Notes under the pieces: generated by a model
The model's database searches: none
What the model was told of the DNA's origin: nothing
The model's input: only the letters and a program-made list of their open reading frames with translations
NCBI GenBank assembly: GCA_038087875.1
Contig: JAXLNO010004250.1
Coordinates: 248,001 to 312,000, forward strand
DNA length: 64,000 bases
Reading direction: 5' to 3'
Source: Malacoraja senta
Lineage: Eukaryota
Part shown: positions 58,544 to 64,000 of the stretch, piece by piece
How the letters are laid out: every line of letters begins with the position of its first letter
Position numbering within the stretch: position 1 is the stretch's first letter
Position numbers and translations under genes: made by a program

Positions 58544-59905
58544 ATAGACAATAGGTGCAAGGGTAGGCCATTCGGCCCTTCGAGCCAGCACCACCATTCA
58601 ATGTGATCATGGCTGATCATCCCCAATCAGTACCCCGTTCCTGCCTTCTCCCCATATCCCCTGACTCCGCTATCTTTAAGAGGCCTATATAGCTCTATCT
58701 TGAAAGTATCTAGATAGCCGGCCTCCACCGCCCTCTGAGGCAGAGAATTCCACAGACTCACAACTCTCTGTGAGAAAAAGTGTTCCCTCGTCTCCGTTCT
58801 AAATGGCTTATCCCTTATTCATAAACTGTGGCCTCTTGTTCTGGACTCCCCTAACATCGGGAACATGTTTCCTGCCTCTAGCGTGTCCAACACCTTAACA
58901 ATCTTATATGTTTCAATAAGATCCCCCCTCATCCTTCTAAACTCCAGAGTGTACAAACTCAGCCGCTCCATTCTCTCAGCATATGACAGTCCAGCCATCC
59001 TGGGAATTAACATTGTAAACCTACGCTGCACTCCCTCCATAGCAAGAATGTCCTTCCTCAAATTAGGGGACCAAAACTGCACACAATACTCCAGGTTTTG
59101 TCTCACTAGGGCCCTGTGCAACTGCAGAAGGACCTTTTTGCTCCTATACTCAACTCCTCTTGTTATAAAGGCCAACATGCCATTCACTTTCTTCACTGCC
59201 TGCTGTACCTGCATGCTTACTTTCATAGACTGATTAACAAGGAGGACCCCCAGATCTCGTTGTACTTCGCCTTTTCCCAACTTGATGCCATTTAGATAGT
59301 AATCTGTCTTCCTGTTTTGATAGCAAAGTGGACATCCTCACATTTAACCACATTAAACTGTATCTGTCATGCATCTGCCCACTCCCCCAAGCTGTCCAAG
59401 TCTCCCTGCATTCTCATAGCATCCTCCTCGCAGTTCACACTGTCACCCAGTGTGGAAGCAGGCCCTTCGGACCAACGTGCCCACACTGGCCAACAATGTC
59501 CCAGCTACACTAGTCCCATCTACCTGCGTTTGGTCCATATCCCTACAAACCTGTCCTATCCATATACCTGTCTAACTGTTTCTTAAACGATTGGATAGTT
59601 CCAGCCTCAACTACCTCCTCTGGCAGCTTGTTCCATACACCCACCACCCTTTGTGTGAAAACGTTACACCTCAGATTCCTATTAAATCTTTTCCCCCTCA
59701 CCTTAAACCTATGTCCTCTGGTTCTCGATTCCCCTACTCTGGGCAAAAGGCTCTGTGCATCTACCCGATCTATTCCTCTCATGATTTTATACACCTCTAT
59801 AAGATCTCCCCTCATCCTCCTGCGCTCCATGGAATAGACACCCGGCCTACTCAACCTCTCCCTATAGCTCACACCCTCTAGTCCTGGCAACATCCTCGTA
59901 AATGC
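58544..59905 (-). mobile_element. Two CR1 3' parts (58544-59445 and 59450-59905)
   Basis: ORFs 58819-59280 and 59543-59893. Confidence 0.9.
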
Positions 59906-59934
59906 TTTCTGAACCCTTTCAAGCTTTGCTTTTC

Positions 59935-61459
59935 CTCTTGCTCCATCCCCTCCCCCTTACCAAGCATAAGCTAAAGATGGCTGCAATACAGGCCTGGCAG
60001 AGCATCACCAGAGAAGACACCCAGCAACTGGTGATGTCCATGAATCGCAGATTCAAGCAGTCATTGCATGCAAAGGATATGCAACAAAATACTAAATATG
60101 ACTACTTTCATTTACATTGCTGTGTCCCAAACATTATGGTGCCCTGAAATGGGGGAGACAATGTATAAACACAGCTGTAATTTCTACATGGTGAAACCAA
60201 AATGTATTAAAAATACCCTTTAATAAAATCTGACAATGTGCACTTTAACTGCATCTACCCGATCTATTCCTCTCATGATTTTATACACCTCTATAAGATA
60301 AACGGGTCCTTTTCACAATGGCAGGCAGTGACTAGTGGGGTACCGCAAGGCTCAGTGCTGGGACCCCAGCTATTTACAATATATATTAATGAGCTGGATG
60401 AGGGAATTGAAGGCAATATCTCCAAGTTTGCGGATGACACTAAGCTGGGGGGCAGTGTTAGCTGTGAGGGGGATGCTAGGAGACTGCAAGGTGACTTGGA
60501 TAGGCTGGGTGAGTGGGCAAATGTTTGGCAGATGCAGTATAATGTGGATAAATGTGAGGTTATCCATTTTGGTGGCAAAAACAGGAAAGCAGACTATTAT
60601 CTAAATGGTGGCCGACTTGGAAAAGGGGAGATGCAGCGAGACCTGGGTGTCATGGTACACCAGTCATTGAAAGTAGGGATGCAGGTGCAGCAGGCAGTGA
60701 AGAAAGCGAATGGTATGTTAGCTTTCATAGCAAAAGGATTTGAGTATAGGAGCAGGGAGGTTCTACTGCAGTTGTACAGGGTCTTGGTGAGACCACACCT
60801 GGAGTATTGCGTACAGTTTTGGTCTCCAAATCTGAGGAAGGACATTATTGCCATAGAGGGAGTGCAGAGAAGGTTCACCAGACTGATTCCTGGGATGTCA
60901 GGACTGTCTTATGAAGAAAGACTGGATAGACTTGGTTTATACTCTCTAGAATTTAGGAGATTGAGAGGGGATCTTATAGAAAGTTACAAAATTCTTAAGG
61001 GGTTGGACAGGCTAGATGCAGGAAGATTGCTCCCGATGTTGGGGAAAACCAGGACAAGGGGTCACGGCTTAAGGATAAGGGGGAAATCCTTTAAAACCGA
61101 GATGAGAAGAACTTTTTTCACACAGAGAGTGGTGAATCTCTGTAACTCTCTGCCACAGAGGGTAGTTGAGGCCAGTTCATTGGCTATATTTAAGAGGGAG
61201 TTAGATGTGGCCCTTGTGGCTAAAGGGATCAGAGGGTATGGAGAGAAGGCAGGTACGGGATACTGAGTTGGATGATCAGCCATGATCATATTGAATGGCG
61301 GTGCAGGCTCGAAGGGCCGAATGGCCTACTCCTGCACCTCATTTCTATGTTTCTATGTTTCTATGTGATTTTTTTCTATTACAAATCTCAAATTGTGGAG
61401 TACAGAAGCAAATAAATAAATGATGAGTCTTTGTCCCAAACATTATGGAGGGCTCTGTA
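59935..61459 (+). mobile_element. Tc1/mariner right half (transposase C-terminus, IR/DR-type right end), split by a CR1
   Basis: KHKLKMAAIQAWQSITREDTQQLVMSMNRR...(AVIACKGYATKY); repeat TGTCCCAAACATTATGG at about 60122 and 61433; end ...GGGCTCTG followed by TA at 61458-61459. Confidence 0.8.
60300..61366 (+). mobile_element. Young CR1, 5'-truncated, with uninterrupted RT ORF
   Basis: ORF 60238-61266 has no stops across the RT C-terminal half; (CTATGTTT)n tail; close to the 447-1861 copy. Confidence 0.95.
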
Positions 61460-61614
61460 GGACTGTATAATGCTGTGATCATCTCTACCACTCTGTAATA
61501 CTAAGGGGACAGTGTAACGTTGGAGACGCTGTACTGAGGAATGGCCTCACTGCCGACAATGCTGTAAGTGAAAAGTTACTTTTCTTTTAGTTGAGTTTAG
61601 TGATTCACCGTAGA

Positions 61615-61862
61615 ATTAGGCCCCTTGGCCCACCAAGCTCGCGCCGACCAGCGATCCCCGCACACTAACACTATCCAACGCACACTAGGGATAATTTACC
61701 ATTTTACCGAGGCCAATTAACCTACAAACCTGGACGTCTTTCAAGTGTGGGAGGAAACCGGAGCACGCGGAGAAAACCCACGTGGTCACGGGGAGAACGT
61801 ACAAACTCTGTACAGACAGCACCCATAGTCAGGATCGAACCGGGGTCTCTGGCGCTGTGAGG
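61615..61862 (-). mobile_element. HE1/V-SINE-like element
   Basis: Reverse complement has cacagcgccagagaccccggttcgatcctgactatggg...cgttctccccgtgaccacgtggg. Confidence 0.8.
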
Positions 61863-62001
61863 GTGTAATGGGAACATGGTGCAGGGACTATACTCCATGC
61901 CAGTGTCTGCGACAGGCAACAGGGAGAGATCGGATTTACCATCTCAAGGCCACATTACCATGGGGTTTACCACCAGTAACTTGGACTGGAAAGTCAATAA
62001 A

Positions 62002-62375
62002 TTCTTAAGGGATTGGACAGGCTAGATGCAAGAAAAATGTTCCCCATGTTGGGGAAGCCCAGAACCAGGGGTCACACACAGTTTAAGAATAAGGGGCAGG
62101 CCATTTAGGACTGAGATGAGAATAAACATTTTCACCCAGAGAGTTGTGAATCTGTGGAATTCTCTGCCTCAGAAGGCAGCGGAGGCCAATTCTCTGGATG
62201 TTTTCAAGAGGGAGAGTCACAGTAGATTTAGCTCTTAGGGCTAAAGGAATCAAGGGATATGGGGAGAAGGCAAGAACGGGGTACTGATTGTGGATGATCA
62301 GCCATGAACACATTGAATGGCGGTGCTGGCTTGAAGGGCCGAATGGCCTACTCCTGCACCTATTTTCTATGTTTC
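62002..62375 (+). mobile_element. CR1 3' end
   Basis: ttcttaagggattggacaggctagatgcaag...cctactcctgcacctattttctatgtttctatg. Confidence 0.88.
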
Positions 62376-62832
62376 TATGTTTCAATACTGAGGCCCACTC
62401 TCAAATAAAAATGTCAATTGATATTTTGAACAGATTTCCACCGCTGCCATTTCCTGTTATGTTTGAAGAATTTAAGGTCTCTGTAGCAAGACAAAAGGGA
62501 AATGTTTAACCGTGGACTAAGCATTGTTGTCTGTGTTAATGTTCACGTTATTGTACTGACTGGCATCTATGCATCAGTGCTCAGCATTGCAAGGAACCGT
62601 GAACACTGCGGGAAAGCAGGGCAGGAAAGAAACAGCAGGCCCCCAAAACCAACATGGCAAGGGCTGACAGTTTAGTTCAGTTTAGTTCGGAGATACAGCG
62701 CGGAAACAGGCCCTTTGGCCCAATGAGTCCCCGCCGACCAGCGATCCCCGCACATTAGCACTATCCCACACCCACTAGGGACAATTTTTATATTTACCTA
62801 GCCAATGAACCTACAAACCTGTACGTCTTTGG

Positions 62833-63363
62833 ACAATAGACAATAGACAATAGGTGCAGGAGTAGGCCATTTGGCCCTTCGAGCCAGCGCCGCCATTCAA
62901 TGTGATCATGGCTGATCATCCCCAATCAGTACCCCATTCCTGCCTTCTCCCCATATCCCCTGACTCCGCTATTTTTAAGAGCCCTATCTAGCTCTCTCTT
63001 GAAAGCATCCAGAGAACCTGCCTCCACCGCCCTCTGAGGCAGAGAATTCCACAGACTCACCACTCTCTGTGAGAAAAAGTGTTTCCTCGTCTCCGTTCTA
63101 AATGGCTTACTCCTTATTCTTAAACTGTGGGCCCTGGTTCTGGACTCCCCCAACATCGGGAACATGTTTCCTGCCTCTAGCGTGTCCAAGCCCGTAACAA
63201 TCTTATATGTTTCAATGAGATCCCCTCTCATGCTTCTAAATTCCAGAGTGTACAAGCCCAGCTGCTCCATTCTATCAGCATATGACAGTCCCGCCATCCC
63301 AGGAATTAACCTTGTAAACCTAAGCTGCACTCCCTCAATAGCAAGAATGTCCTTCCTCAAATT
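62833..63363 (-). mobile_element. CR1 3' end inserted within a HE1-like SINE
   Basis: ORF 62926-63360; SINE tail sequence on both sides (62715-62832 and 63378-63640). Confidence 0.85.
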
Positions 63364-63377
63364 AAGGAAGAGTCCAC

Positions 63378-63640
63378 GACGACCAGTGATCCCCGCACAT
63401 TAACACTATCCTACTCACACTAGGGGCAATTTTTACATTTACACCAAGCCAATTAACCTACAAACCTGCACGTCTTTGGAATGTGGGAGGAAACTGAAGA
63501 TCTCGGCGAAAACCCACCCAGGACACGAGGGGAACATACAAACTCCGTACAGACAGCACCCGTAGTCGGGATCGAACCCGGGTCTCCGAAGCTGCATTGG
63601 CTGTAAGGCAGCAACTCTACCACTGCGCCACCGTGACTGC
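63378..63640 (-). mobile_element. HE1/V-SINE-like element
   Basis: Reverse complement: gtcacggtggcgcagtggtagagttgctgccttacagc...gacccgggttcgatcccgactacggg. Confidence 0.8.
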
Positions 63641-64000
63641 ACTAATGTTATAATATTCTTGCGTGAAGCAGGAGTTGAGATCATTGCAGTGTGTTGAGCT
63701 GAAACCTTGGCCATGCTATGTAACACCAGGGGAATGGTTGGCGGGTGCGGGCAAGTTGGGCTGAAGTCGCCGAGCCAGTCGCCGGTTTCTCTGCGACCTG
63801 CTATGACTGTGACAGTCGCCTGAAAAATCGCCCAAGTGGGACAGGCCTATTACCCTCAACGTGAACTTGAATCTGTTACAGTGCTCGAGGCCAAATGTCC
63901 TCCATCAGAATCTGGATAGGCATCATCCCCTCTCTTATATCTCTCCATCAATAGGCAGTGAAGAAAGCGAATGGTATGTTCGCATTCATAGCAAAAGGAT

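Overview
Repeat-dense vertebrate genomic DNA. It is most likely from a cartilaginous fish, probably a skate; this is inferred from the CR1, HE1/V-SINE and Penelope-SINE repeat families and is not proven. The host genes are two butyrophilin-like (BTN/BTNL, B7-Ig superfamily) genes arranged head-to-head around a short shared upstream region at about 19.3-21.6 kb. Gene B (+ strand) assembles in frame from phase-1 exons: signal peptide 21684-21741 (GC donor), IgV 23369-23716 (348 bp), IgC 29546-29827 (282 bp), TM 35234-35353, a 33-bp coiled-coil microexon 36715-36747, and a tentative terminal exon 40575-40648. No B30.2 exon was found. Gene A (- strand) has a signal exon 16233-16287 and an IgV exon 15566-15904 (339 bp), but no recognisable IgC or TM exon in the window. 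Two inverted partial copies of a TDP2-like first exon (UBA-like domain) lie at about 3.0-3.5 kb and 5.9-6.4 kb. The rest is layered transposons: many CR1 fragments, two L1-clade copies (one flanked by a 1.2-kb direct duplication), Rex1/Babar LINEs, L2, Penelope and hammerhead-type SINE ends, tRNA-SINEs, a full-length but degenerate DIRS1 element with intact ITR/ICR architecture, a Gypsy remnant, a Tc1 remnant, several VNTRs and five N-runs. No CRISPR array, rRNA or genuine tRNA gene is supported.
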